Shown here: positions 7,641 through 17,457 of the stretch, piece after piece
Layout: every line of letters starts with the position of its first letter
How positions within the stretch are numbered: position 1 is the first letter of the stretch
Origin: a virus
Taxonomy: Duplodnaviria > Caudoviricetes
Reading direction: 5' to 3' (one strand)
DNA: 46,767 bases
IMG/VR virus record: IMGVR_UViG_3300037722_000381
Coordinates: 1-46,767 of that record
Position numbers and translations under genes: made by a program
The notes under the pieces: model-generated
Databases searched by the model: none
The model's input: the letters and a program-made list of their open reading frames with translations, nothing else
What the model was told of the DNA's origin: nothing

Positions 7641-9691
7641 TGCTGTTCCGCAATGATAGCCAGCGTCGTCTTTAGCGCCGCGTTGCTTCCGGCCGATTGC
7701 GTCGCCAACTGCTTCCATCTGGCAAGTTGGGACTGGTCGGTCAGAAGGTTCGCCAGCTTTCGGGTATTGTGCTGAAATGCCAATCCCTGAACGAATCTCG
7801 ACGCCGCGCCGATCACGTTAGGGTCGCGGATATTCAGCCCCAGACCCTCGATGATCTCCGTATTGAACGCAGTTGAAGAGCCGGGCTTGAACCTCATGCT
7901 CTGCGCCTCGAACACATCGAGCATCCGGTTGAAACCCTTCCAGATGTTCGGGCCGTCCGGCATGGACTGAATCAACGCCTGTAGGTTTCGCTTCTGGGCC
8001 GCGTTGGAAAACACGGCGTTCCGGAATGCAGCCGCGCCCCATTGGTTTGCCCCGCCAGCGGCGGCGTCCTTCGTTGCACGATTGAACACGGATTCCAGAT
8101 TGGCTCGTACCCATTGGGGAACGGCCTCCGGACTCTCCCGAGTCAACCGCCTGATCGTCTCGCGGATAATCGTCGGATCGAGGTTTTCAGGTGCCGGCGG
8201 CATAAGAGCCTGTCGCTGCGCCGCCATGTCGTCTGTTGCAGACAGGGCCCCCAGTGGGGTTCCCTGCTGTAGGGGTCTTTCGACCTCTCTTGCGCGAATC
8301 GACTGCGTAACCACCGCCCTCTGATACTCAGGGGAGGCCTGAAACATGGCCTGTTCGATCTTCCCGGCCAGAGATCCCGGGAACGGACTCGATACGGCTC
8401 TAGACTGATCCTTGAGATACTTGATAACGGCATCCAGAACCGGGCCGGAGTTGTCCGACATATTTGAAAGCGAACCGTACTGTGCCGGCTGTTGTCTGAC
8501 TGCGCCGACCGCTGCTTTGAAGGCGTCGTCGTCCGCGAAGGTTTTAAAAATGTCGTCGGAAAGCGAAAACGCGGGGTTGTTTGCAGAGAGATTGTAATGA
8601 GGTTTGGTTAACTGATTGGTAATCGTCCGTTCTCTCGCAAGCGCGTCGTCCGCAGCCCCCATCACCCTTGTTGGGAGCGTCCCTAAATCCATACCCTCCG
8701 GCATTCTCGCAATATCGTCCGCCTGTGTAGCAAACGCCTGCGGAGCCCCTGCGGTGCGTTGAACCATGAAGTCGTCCATGATCCCCGCGCCGCCCGGAGA
8801 CTGTTCCACGACCCGCTGAATTGAGCGCAGACCCGTTGCACCGCCACCCTTGACTTGTCCAAGCGCCTCCGCCCATGTCAGCCGCGTTCCCCTTCTCTGG
8901 GCGTCCGCCATCAATGCCTGTGCGCGTACTAGATCGTCTTCGGTTACGGCGCCCGTCTGTAGGACCTTGGCAATCGGGCTCGTTCCCCTGAGCGCTCTTA
9001 TTACCGCACCCCCCAACAGCCCGCCGCCCGGGATGCCAATCTCAAGAAGCTGCGATACCCACGGCGGCGCCCCAGCTTCCTCTGCAACCTGCCCCGAAAA
9101 CATGCCAGTTCCTATAAGGGCGGAAACGACTGGCCCGCCACCTGTGAGGGCGCCATACCCGATACCTTCTGCGGTGTCCTGAATGACTCGCCCGGTTCCC
9201 GTTTCCGGCTCGTACCGGGGGACGCCTAGTCCCCCGCCGAAGATAAGCTCCCCCTCCGCGTCGTACCGGGGACCCGCCATCGGACTAAAGATGAACTCCT
9301 GAGCGTCTTCGATGCTCGGAAGGTTCTCGGCGTACAGATTTCCGTGCGCACCTACAGCTGATGCGACGGGCGAAAGCGGATCGAACCCGATACCCTCGGA
9401 AATCCATTCTCCGGCGGAACCGACTGCGGGCGCTACAACGTCACGCTCGAGTGCCCCGAGGGCCTGCGGCATGCCCACAAGTCCGCCAACCGATTCCCAG
9501 AGCCCCGTACCGACATTGCTGACAAAATCGTTGACGCCGCCCGTTACCTTTTCAAACTGGGGGCGTGTGTCTTCGACTTCTGTCGCGCTGTCGAGTTTCT
9601 TGAACGCCTCTGCAACCGTGTCCCATTCCGGCGTGCCCCTCCTGTCCTGATTATCGACAAGCCATTGGGCGAACGCCTCGCGGTCGTCCAT
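7637..9691 (-). CDS. internal virion/DNA ejection protein (large)
   Basis: 684 aa, Ala/Gly-rich with hydrophobic patch; third of three genes after tail nozzle. Confidence 0.7.
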   Translation of the reverse strand: MDDREAFAQWLVDNQDRRGTPEWDTVAEAFKKLDSATEVEDTRPQFEKVTGGVNDFVSNVGTGLWESVGGLVGMPQALGALERDVVAPAVGSAGEWISEGIGFDPLSPVASAVGAHGNLYAENLPSIEDAQEFIFSPMAGPRYDAEGELIFGGGLGVPRYEPETGTGRVIQDTAEGIGYGALTGGGPVVSALIGTGMFSGQVAEEAGAPPWVSQLLEIGIPGGGLLGGAVIRALRGTSPIAKVLQTGAVTEDDLVRAQALMADAQRRGTRLTWAEALGQVKGGGATGLRSIQRVVEQSPGGAGIMDDFMVQRTAGAPQAFATQADDIARMPEGMDLGTLPTRVMGAADDALARERTITNQLTKPHYNLSANNPAFSLSDDIFKTFADDDAFKAAVGAVRQQPAQYGSLSNMSDNSGPVLDAVIKYLKDQSRAVSSPFPGSLAGKIEQAMFQASPEYQRAVVTQSIRAREVERPLQQGTPLGALSATDDMAAQRQALMPPAPENLDPTIIRETIRRLTRESPEAVPQWVRANLESVFNRATKDAAAGGANQWGAAAFRNAVFSNAAQKRNLQALIQSMPDGPNIWKGFNRMLDVFEAQSMRFKPGSSTAFNTEIIEGLGLNIRDPNVIGAASRFVQGLAFQHNTRKLANLLTDQSQLARWKQLATQSAGSNAALKTTLAIIAEQQ

Positions 9692-10869
9692 TACTGAGTG
9701 CCGTTGACAATGGCGCGGGCACGGTCAAGTACGTCGGTCTCGCCGCCTGTTTGACCGCCAGTCGCGTCGTCCGGCGCAACATCAAGCACGCCATATAGAT
9801 CGTCGAATGACGGTAGGCTCCCCTGCCATCCCATGAGCGTGCGGTTCTGGTTTATGTACGAAGCTGCATCGTTCTTGGCTTGAGCGGCGGCAACCATGTA
9901 TTTCAGGAGTCTTGAAAGTCTCTCCGCGTTCTGCTTGGCGGGGAGCCTCGGATCGAAGGCGCGCTGAATCAGCAACTCACCTTCCCTCTCTGTAAACTGC
10001 GCACCCAGAATGACACGAAGGTTTCTTTGCACGACCTCCTGGACCTGCTGCTTGAGATTGAGCGATTCCGGCGCGAAGAATGCCTGCAAAACATCGGGGG
10101 CGACTGTATGGGGACCCGTAAGCCCCTCTTCCCCGGTTAATTGAGAAACGACGCCCGTAAGCTGCTCGATACCCTTCGCCGTGTCCTGTGCGCCACCGAG
10201 CATCCATTCGGTCATTTGCTCGGCAGCTTTTTCGTCGAACTTTTCCTCGTAAACGGAAAGAGGCGGCGTCGGGGGTGGGAAGTCGATGTCAACGCTGGTC
10301 CGGCCCGCCTGCGCCTTGTCGAACTCATATCCCTGATATGGCGTGTTTTCGACGATCTCCCCCGTAACGGGGTCTAGGTAGAACGGCTTGTTCGGGTCAA
10401 TGGGATCGGGCTGGTTTGCAAACTGGCCGGCAAGCTGCCCGAACACCCCATAGGCATTCGCGGCGCCAATATCTTCCGGGTAGTCCATCCCGGCTTGAAA
10501 CAGCTTCGCCCTTAATTGAGGATCGTCGCCGGCAAAGAACTTCAGCGCCTCCATGACGCCCTTCGCGTCAGGCTGGTTTTGTGCGGCAGCAAGCTCCGCC
10601 TTTTTCAAACCAAGGTCTGCCGACTGAACGGCAAGACCAACATCGCCCAAAGCCTTCTGTTGATTCCCCGCCATCAAATCCGAGAGGTGCTGAGAGTATG
10701 TCCCTCCCAACATCGCCGAACTCGCAGCGGAACCGATGTCACGAAAACTCGGGCGTGTATTGGACTGAAGATATTGCGTGATCCTGTCCTGCGCCGCATC
10801 GAGACCGGAAATCGCGGACGTGTAGTCCGGGGCTTCCTGTGGAGCAAACAGATCGGATGCGAGAGTCAT
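9691..10869 (-). CDS. internal virion/DNA ejection protein
   Basis: 392 aa, helical, LGAQFTEREG motif; position. Confidence 0.7.
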   Translation of the reverse strand: MTLASDLFAPQEAPDYTSAISGLDAAQDRITQYLQSNTRPSFRDIGSAASSAMLGGTYSQHLSDLMAGNQQKALGDVGLAVQSADLGLKKAELAAAQNQPDAKGVMEALKFFAGDDPQLRAKLFQAGMDYPEDIGAANAYGVFGQLAGQFANQPDPIDPNKPFYLDPVTGEIVENTPYQGYEFDKAQAGRTSVDIDFPPPTPPLSVYEEKFDEKAAEQMTEWMLGGAQDTAKGIEQLTGVVSQLTGEEGLTGPHTVAPDVLQAFFAPESLNLKQQVQEVVQRNLRVILGAQFTEREGELLIQRAFDPRLPAKQNAERLSRLLKYMVAAAQAKNDAASYINQNRTLMGWQGSLPSFDDLYGVLDVAPDDATGGQTGGETDVLDRARAIVNGTQ

Positions 10870-11486
10870 TAGAGCCCGTACCTCGCGCCGCCGTGAATGA
10901 TCGGTTGTGCGGACGGCCTTGGCGTGTTGATGTTTACTGTCTGTCCGGGGTCTCCATTAAGGAGTCCGCTAATTCCGCCGATGGTGTCGAAAATAGACTG
11001 AATCCCGCCCACAGTTTGAGCCGCGCCCAGTCTTGCGGATTCATCCGCCGCATACGGAAGCTGTGCCGCGTTCAATCCGGCGGCCGTTGCGAGATACGTC
11101 CTCGCACGGTCTCTTGCTTCCGATTCGGAACCCTCGCGCATTTTCGCAAATGCCTGTGCGCGGGATTCGTCCACCCGCTCCGGATTTATGAGATAGGGTG
11201 TACCCCTTGCTCCGGCCCTTCGGTTGGCAACGAGCAGGTCCCTTAGACCCTCCGCGAAACTCTCGTTGATCCGCTCCCGCTCATACCCGAGCAGGTTCTG
11301 ATAAAGCGGGTCGTCGGGATTAACGAGACCCTGCATCAGTTGACGTTGAAGCTTCGCCGCCTTCTTTGTGGAGTTGTCGTCGTCCCCGAAGGCGCCGAAC
11401 AACCCCGCAATTCCAGCGCCGGCACTACCAATATCGGCAATGCCCCCCAGAACGTCCCCTATGTCGTCGAGAAATGAAAAGGCCAT
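10869..11486 (-). CDS. small ejection/pilot protein (P22 gp7-like position)
   Basis: Gly-rich amphipathic N-terminus; position. Confidence 0.65.
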   Translation of the reverse strand: MAFSFLDDIGDVLGGIADIGSAGAGIAGLFGAFGDDDNSTKKAAKLQRQLMQGLVNPDDPLYQNLLGYERERINESFAEGLRDLLVANRRAGARGTPYLINPERVDESRAQAFAKMREGSESEARDRARTYLATAAGLNAAQLPYAADESARLGAAQTVGGIQSIFDTIGGISGLLNGDPGQTVNINTPRPSAQPIIHGGARYGL

Positions 11487-13550
11487 CTATTGTCTCCCGT
11501 GTACGCTCGCGTACAGCGTGAACCGCGAAAGCGTATCCGGTCCCTGTGTGTCTTCTGTGGTAATTGTCAGCCTGATCGCTTCGCCCCTTGCTCTTAACGG
11601 GTACTTCACATTGGAAGGCTTGCCGACGCCGATTTGATTCTGTCCTACGGTGAACAAACCAAGCGGCGCGCTATTCCCCGAAGCATTAACTGTAATCATG
11701 TCCAGCCCCTCGGATTCGTAGGAACCCTGGGCGATGAATTGATATTCGGTATTGGCTCCGGATTCGATGAGCGGCTTGATGTAGGAAAGCTTTTTGATCC
11801 GAACGGTTTTCTTTGGCTCGTCGAGAGTCAGCCAGCCAGTCCGATACTCTGTGGCAATGGGGTCCCCATCGTCGGAAAACACGCCCCCATCGAACTCGTA
11901 AACCTTCCCAAACGGCCCGACGCAAATCAGCGTCCCGTCCAGTCGAACGAGATAGGCCTGTTGGTTGGCGAATTTTCCTTCAAAGAGCGACCAGCTTCCC
12001 CCGGCCCAGTTATCGCCGGCCTGTTGATTGGTTTCTCCAAAGAATGCCGCGTAGTTGTAGCAGTAGAGTCGATCGTTGACCTTGAACAGCAACCACGATC
12101 TCTGAGGATAGTGGACCAGTTGAATCAGGTCCTGTGGAGAGGTGTCGATTTCCTCCCGGACGGTCTTTCGCAACGCTTCCGTAAGGTTCGCCCGGTTCAA
12201 GGTAGAGGCGTCGTCCACCTGACTGATTGACTGAACACCATCACGACCAACATAAGTGATGTCGTTACCGATGCCGACCATTCCCGAGGGTGAAACCACA
12301 CCCTGAGGAAACAGGCCTATCGCCTGAAAATCGTAATCTGTGGCGGCGGCAGAAGACCGGATCGGCGTCGTACCTGAAAACAGGTAGATGTTCTGCTTAC
12401 CACCTAACGCAAGGTATTGCTGAAACGAGGCCATCGTAACGATTGAATCGCCGCGAGGCTGTTGGCCGCCGAAGTTGAACGAAACCGAATCCAGAGTTCC
12501 CGCGTCCGTCGTGTAATCCGTGGGGTCGTTCGCCCCCGAAATTCTAACCTTGGTCTTGTCCCGAAGGTCGGTCAGGTACAGCCTTCCATAGTGAACGTGG
12601 GCAAAGTCAGAGACGGGCATTGCGGACTTGAGGAACACAAGGGAGTCCCCCGACGTTTGACCGGCAACGTCTTTGACCCTGATATTCGCCGAGACAGACA
12701 GAACCTTGGTGACCGCCGATCTCGTGGTATTGGAGACGAAATCCCCCGCCCTGATTTCTGTGGCAGAGAATGACACCCCGGATACGGCAATCACAGAGGC
12801 GTTTGTTGCACCTGTGGCAACTGCTACGTTGTCCTGCTCGCCATCGGGTTGGGGGACGATGTTCAACTCAACGAGGTCTATGATCCTGTATCGCTGGTTT
12901 GCAGTCGGCTCCGCTCCATCCCCAGCACCGGGCGAGGTTGCCGAGACCCGCGTATGTGTCAACGCCGCAGAGGCAACAGCGGTAATCAAGCCGTAAGCCG
13001 AGGACTCGACGTAAAACACAATGTCGTTGATTACAACGTCCGTCCCGGTGATCCAGTTCAAGACTTCCGCATCCACAAGGGAGCCGGCAGAGGTCCCGGT
13101 TCCGGTGGTCCCCATCTCAACAATGGCTTCCAGCTCCCGGAACGCCGTCCCGTCTGTCGTGTAGAAATTCCGATCCGACCCGTTGACGAATATCAGCCGG
13201 TCGTTCATCTGGACCGATCTCAACCGATTAGTAGAGAGCCCCGAATGAACCCGCGAGAAGGTTCCTACATCGTCGTATTTCCAGATCGCCCCGGAATCGG
13301 AAAGTGTGTCATGCCCAGAAACAAACAGGATCGCCGTCCCGTCGCGCTTTACAAGCTCGTGAACGCCGGTAAGTAGCGGAGCCCCCGCAATAGCCGCCCC
13401 CAACTGTACGATACCCGGACGCTTCTCAGCCCCCCCGGCGGCGTTGATAAACCGATTCTTGAATCTATCGGCGAAGTCGATTGGTAGTTCCGATTCCGTG
13501 AACGAAGTAGCTAGACCTCTTGGCGCAATCGGATAGGTCGCCTCAAGCAT
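11487..13550 (-). CDS. tail nozzle/hub (P22 gp10 / T7 gp12-like)
   Basis: 687 aa beta-rich, KRPG N-terminal motif, GRLY, YRTGW; follows adaptor. Confidence 0.8.
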   Translation of the reverse strand: MLEATYPIAPRGLATSFTESELPIDFADRFKNRFINAAGGAEKRPGIVQLGAAIAGAPLLTGVHELVKRDGTAILFVSGHDTLSDSGAIWKYDDVGTFSRVHSGLSTNRLRSVQMNDRLIFVNGSDRNFYTTDGTAFRELEAIVEMGTTGTGTSAGSLVDAEVLNWITGTDVVINDIVFYVESSAYGLITAVASAALTHTRVSATSPGAGDGAEPTANQRYRIIDLVELNIVPQPDGEQDNVAVATGATNASVIAVSGVSFSATEIRAGDFVSNTTRSAVTKVLSVSANIRVKDVAGQTSGDSLVFLKSAMPVSDFAHVHYGRLYLTDLRDKTKVRISGANDPTDYTTDAGTLDSVSFNFGGQQPRGDSIVTMASFQQYLALGGKQNIYLFSGTTPIRSSAAATDYDFQAIGLFPQGVVSPSGMVGIGNDITYVGRDGVQSISQVDDASTLNRANLTEALRKTVREEIDTSPQDLIQLVHYPQRSWLLFKVNDRLYCYNYAAFFGETNQQAGDNWAGGSWSLFEGKFANQQAYLVRLDGTLICVGPFGKVYEFDGGVFSDDGDPIATEYRTGWLTLDEPKKTVRIKKLSYIKPLIESGANTEYQFIAQGSYESEGLDMITVNASGNSAPLGLFTVGQNQIGVGKPSNVKYPLRARGEAIRLTITTEDTQGPDTLSRFTLYASVHGRQ

Positions 13551-14248
13551 TAACGCGCTTCCGAGTGCGGCGTGAAGTACATATCGGTTCCTGTGTCTGC
13601 ATTGAACCGGTTCAAAGATTCAGATCGCATCCTTTCGTACTCTTGAAACGCCATCTGATACTGCGGTGTCGGTTCGCCGCCGTTCTCCTCCAACAAAGCT
13701 TTGGCATACAGTCCGAGAATAAGAAGCTGTGCCGGAAGGTCGGGAACGGTGTTGATATCCGAAAGGGTGTAGATCGGCGGCTTACGGTAGTAGGCAATGT
13801 TGAACCGCGAACTGACCTGAGCGGTTACGGGGATAGGATAAACCCTGATCCTTGGATTCCCGGTGATGTCGTCTACGCCAACGATTCCGAACTGCCTTGG
13901 CCCGCCAAAGGAATTGAGCCTTTGCAGACGGCGCATGTCCTGAATGTCCCGCACGTCCAGCGGGGCAATATCCGTCCCGAACGAAATCTCGTAGATGTTC
14001 TTTACGAGGGCATTCGAGGTTGTAGAGACTGTATAGGTACCCACGCTCGATTGAACAGAAACTATCGTTTCGGCGTAAAGCTCCTGCCAGTCCCCTGCGT
14101 CTGAAGCTTCGTCTACAACCTGGTTCAACAGGTCCAATAGGACTGTGGCGTGTTTGGTTGCGTTGAGAGTCGTCGTTGGCGTAACGCCCATCCGTCTTTG
14201 AACGGTGTTAACGATTTCGATGACTGATAGCCGGAGGTCAAGGGTCAT
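13550..14248 (-). CDS. head-tail adaptor (gatekeeper/tail tubular A-like)
   Basis: IVNTVQRRMG...LLNQVVDE...DW; IRVYPIP. Confidence 0.8.
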   Translation of the reverse strand: MTLDLRLSVIEIVNTVQRRMGVTPTTTLNATKHATVLLDLLNQVVDEASDAGDWQELYAETIVSVQSSVGTYTVSTTSNALVKNIYEISFGTDIAPLDVRDIQDMRRLQRLNSFGGPRQFGIVGVDDITGNPRIRVYPIPVTAQVSSRFNIAYYRKPPIYTLSDINTVPDLPAQLLILGLYAKALLEENGGEPTPQYQMAFQEYERMRSESLNRFNADTGTDMYFTPHSEAR

Positions 14249-14631
14249 TTGTGACGGAAGTACGGGATGAAGCTGGCGACGCCGCTAACCACGGCAATGA
14301 GGAATCCGGCAGCCGAGGTGGGGACCGCGCCGCCGCCACCGCCGGAGGCGATTGCAGTAGTGGGCGTATCGAATTTCAAGGCCGAAGCCTGATCGCTCGA
14401 TTGAACGGTCAACCCTGCCCCGGCTGCCGCCGCCGTGCCAATGGCAACGGCGGAACTGAACCTCCCCGTAGCCCCCGAGACGGTCGTAAAGACCATCTCT
14501 GAAACGACAGATTGAGCCGTGGTGTCGATGATGTTGAAGAACGAGTCGATCAAGTCGGCATAATCGGCGCCGGTCGGAACGTCGCCGGTAGCGAATTGCT
14601 GCTTGAGTGTCGCGCGGGATTTGGCTGTCAT
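14245..14631 (-). CDS. virion fibre-associated protein
   Basis: LKQQFATGDVPTGADYADLIDS fibre-anchor-like N-terminus. Confidence 0.65.
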   Translation of the reverse strand: MTAKSRATLKQQFATGDVPTGADYADLIDSFFNIIDTTAQSVVSEMVFTTVSGATGRFSSAVAIGTAAAAGAGLTVQSSDQASALKFDTPTTAIASGGGGGAVPTSAAGFLIAVVSGVASFIPYFRHK

Positions 14632-14915
14632 GTGAATAGATGTGTCGCCGGTCCTGTTTTTGCGGATACGCCCGTTTCCCCGACTGTAGACGGTGCGGTG
14701 TTATCGACCGTCAGCACGAGAGTATCGGGGCGGACTTTCGTTAATGGCTTGGGATCGGAGCGCGCGTGGACATATTCTTGAGGATGTCGCGGCTCCCAGT
14801 CTTTTTCACAGACTATCGCCCCGTCCCACCGTTTGTGAATCTTATCGTTGTAGTATGTGAGCCCACATTCGTCGCAAACGAGGAGCCAGTTGCCGATCCG
14901 ATGGGTGTTCCTCAT
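14628..14915 (-). CDS. conserved Cys protein of structural module
   Basis: CDECG...WDGAIVC..DWEPRHPQ motif. Confidence 0.75.
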   Translation of the reverse strand: MRNTHRIGNWLLVCDECGLTYYNDKIHKRWDGAIVCEKDWEPRHPQEYVHARSDPKPLTKVRPDTLVLTVDNTAPSTVGETGVSAKTGPATHLFT

Positions 14916-15187
14916 CGTTCGAGAACCCGAACCTTGAAGGTTCTTTCGTCTATCCTGCCGCCGTTGGTTTCAATGCGGGAGGTGACGTTGTATTCGTTCC
15001 CCACAACACCACCTGAAACCCAGATCGCGTGCTGCGTAGAGGTGTTGGTTTGCGTGTGAAGGGTAAGGCCGGATTGAACCGAAGCCGCAGCGGAGGCAAT
15101 GAAGTCGTCGGACGGCAGCCACGACGACCAATCGACAACGAAGTCCAGTCGGGAATCGGGGTCTTTGAGTACTCGGCCGAGGGTCAT
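14912..15187 (-). CDS. fibre-tail adaptor-like small protein
   Basis: KDPDSRLDFVVDWSSWL...WVSGG motif. Confidence 0.75.
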   Translation of the reverse strand: MTLGRVLKDPDSRLDFVVDWSSWLPSDDFIASAAASVQSGLTLHTQTNTSTQHAIWVSGGVVGNEYNVTSRIETNGGRIDERTFKVRVLER

Positions 15188-15567
15188 GAGTTGTTCGCGC
15201 TCGCCAGTACGGTAATGGTGAATGACGTTGTGGAAACGCTATCCCCGGAAGCGAGAACCTTCGCGGACCCGTTGACCACATAAAGCAACGCCGTCCCCGA
15301 GGACTTGACCAGCGCAATATGAGTTGCCAGTCCGGAACCTTCCACAGCCTGAGAGGGCTTTGCTCCGATGGTTAATTCCGCACCCGTAGCGGCCGAAGCC
15401 AGCGTGAAATCTGCCGCCGAGATATTGGCGGACACGATCATGTTGGGTTCGTTTGAAGCTGCTGAATATGATTGAGGCGCGGAGGCGCAGATGAACAGAA
15501 TGTTGGCGTTGTCCCTGATGTAAGCGAGAGACGCCGCCGCTGCTGAGAAACCGAATTTTTTTGCCAT
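15184..15567 (-). CDS. virion structural protein
   Basis: GLATHIAL motif, Ala/Ser-rich. Confidence 0.7.
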   Translation of the reverse strand: MAKKFGFSAAAASLAYIRDNANILFICASAPQSYSAASNEPNMIVSANISAADFTLASAATGAELTIGAKPSQAVEGSGLATHIALVKSSGTALLYVVNGSAKVLASGDSVSTTSFTITVLASANNS

Positions 15568-17003
15568 CAGAGTTCTATGTTTGAACCATCTTCTTGTAAG
15601 AGATAGGTGCCGTCTTCAAGTTGGAGGAAATCCGTATCGAGGGGTTGCGTCGTGTCCTGTGACGCCGAACCCTGTCTTCGGATGTTTCCCACTTGTCTTG
15701 GCGGAACCGCGAATGTACGCATGTTCGGACCCACTCTCGGGTCCTCGTAGCAGTAGACGGTCCCCACCCTCTGGGGGACGATCAGGACTCTTGTTTCACC
15801 CTTAACGTCGAAAAACTCCGCCCGCACGGGAACCGAAAGCGCCCGCCCATCGGGGGTGACGATAAAAGCTCTCGTATCGGGGTAGACCGATAGATCGTAA
15901 GGCCCCTGTCTTGGAACAAAGGCGAGGTAAGGATTCGACCTATGCCCCTGTAGTCCGGTAGCAACACCCATTGCGATCTGGGACGACAGGGCGAACGGTG
16001 AAGCCGTATGACCCGTTTGCGGTGCTGCAATCCTGAATACAAGCGGTATGTCAAGATCGAACTCAACTGCGGTGTGACCCGCGAGGGCGTCGTTGATCTC
16101 GAACGAGGATGCAACGGTAAACCCGAGCGCGTTTGCAGTATGACCTACAATCGCATTTGCGAGAGAAAGGCTCGCTTGAGACGTTAGATCGAACGGTGAC
16201 GCAGTATGCCCCGCAGTCGAACCGACCGGGGTATATCCCGCCTGTGAACTGAGGATATACGGAGCCGCTGTATGACCGACGAGCGGGTTGTTAGATGTGA
16301 ATCCTGCCTGCGATGTCAGATCAAATGGTGCCGCCGTGTGCCCTGCGGTAGCGGACTCAGGGTCCCATCCGATGGCACCCGCAGCCTCTGTAATCTCGAT
16401 GCACGCGGAGAGCAACACATTGCCGGTGCCCTCGTCGTCCATATCGACCGTCACATCGGCCGGTGTGCCGCTGTTGACAATCTCGTGCAGGAAAAAGAAC
16501 TGATCTGTCTCTGTGTCAGAGGTCGGCGTCGAGCCCGTCCATGTTCGGGGATCGACAACCGCAGTTGTGCCGGCAACGCCATATCCCGCGCAGACAATCA
16601 GCGGCGGCGTATCGCCGGACGCAGCGATCACTTGTGGATCGGGATCGCCGTTTGTGTGCTGGCCTCCGGTATGAGCGAACACGAACGACGAGATCGGTTG
16701 ATCTGGCCGGAAGATTGTCAGTATGGCGCGCGTCTGGCCGGTTCCAACCGGGCCAGTAATCGTGCCTGTCGTAATGTCGTCGGCGGTCAACACGCCGGCC
16801 ATGATCTTTGAGCGCGTCGCGCTACCGCCAACAGCAAGGTTTGGGCCATTCACCCAATCTGTCGGCGTAACATCGGCTGGAATGCCGGCCGAATTACCGG
16901 CCCGAACCGAATAGATCGCGAGATCGCCGGCAAGTGCATTGGCATGGATCGCTGGCGTGGCGCTGTTGGAAATGCCCATGCTGCCGATCAGCGTCAGTCC
17001 CAA
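15567..17003 (-). CDS. tail fibre-like protein with 22-aa GHTA repeats
   Basis: 478 aa, TTG start; 7 repeats; C-terminal LQLEDG.YLLQEDG motif. Confidence 0.7.
   Translation of the reverse strand: MGLTLIGSMGISNSATPAIHANALAGDLAIYSVRAGNSAGIPADVTPTDWVNGPNLAVGGSATRSKIMAGVLTADDITTGTITGPVGTGQTRAILTIFRPDQPISSFVFAHTGGQHTNGDPDPQVIAASGDTPPLIVCAGYGVAGTTAVVDPRTWTGSTPTSDTETDQFFFLHEIVNSGTPADVTVDMDDEGTGNVLLSACIEITEAAGAIGWDPESATAGHTAAPFDLTSQAGFTSNNPLVGHTAAPYILSSQAGYTPVGSTAGHTASPFDLTSQASLSLANAIVGHTANALGFTVASSFEINDALAGHTAVEFDLDIPLVFRIAAPQTGHTASPFALSSQIAMGVATGLQGHRSNPYLAFVPRQGPYDLSVYPDTRAFIVTPDGRALSVPVRAEFFDVKGETRVLIVPQRVGTVYCYEDPRVGPNMRTFAVPPRQVGNIRRQGSASQDTTQPLDTDFLQLEDGTYLLQEDGSNIEL
15882..16343 (-). repeat. 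seven 22-aa (66-nt) GH[TR] repeats
   Basis: GH dipeptides spaced exactly 66 nt from 16343 to 15947. Confidence 0.85.
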
Positions 17004-17016
17004 TCAACCCACCCCA

Positions 17017-17042
17017 ATAAAAAACCCCGCCGGAGCGGGGTT
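17017..17042 (-). terminator. intrinsic terminator
   Basis: AACCCCGC-TCCG-GCGGGGTT followed by a T-run on the minus strand. Confidence 0.85.
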
Positions 17043-17066
17043 GCGTTTCTTCGTGTGACCGGTTCC

Positions 17067-17387
17067 TTAGAACTTGTCCCACATTTCTCTTGCGATCTCT
17101 GGCGTTGAACCAAAAACAACAATCTTGTGACCGGACTCACGGCAAGACAGCTCACAATCCCCGGGATTGAAATCTGACTGCGGCGGCCGATGACATATCG
17201 GACAATCCCCGTTTCCGGTAACGGCGAGTTTTGCCCACTCGGCTATAGCGGAGTCCCGATCCGCTCCCTCGACCTCGATATAGTGCCCATCGGATATCCG
17301 GTCGCATCGAAAGAAAACAGGCCCTTCTATCGTGGGGTCCTCAAATGGCGGCGCACCGCAAACCGGGCAGCTTGGTATCTTGTCCAT
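17067..17387 (-). CDS. moron: tandem Lar-like Zn-finger protein
   Basis: Two CPxC...C...H...A..xW units; no SD; TATTAT 7 nt upstream of ATG; own terminator. Confidence 0.7.
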   Translation of the reverse strand: MDKIPSCPVCGAPPFEDPTIEGPVFFRCDRISDGHYIEVEGADRDSAIAEWAKLAVTGNGDCPICHRPPQSDFNPGDCELSCRESGHKIVVFGSTPEIAREMWDKF

Positions 17388-17457
17388 GCGCCGATAATAC
17401 CCCGCCCACAGTCGCAGAGAAAGAACTTCCCGATGGTGTTACCGGATGCCATTTATG

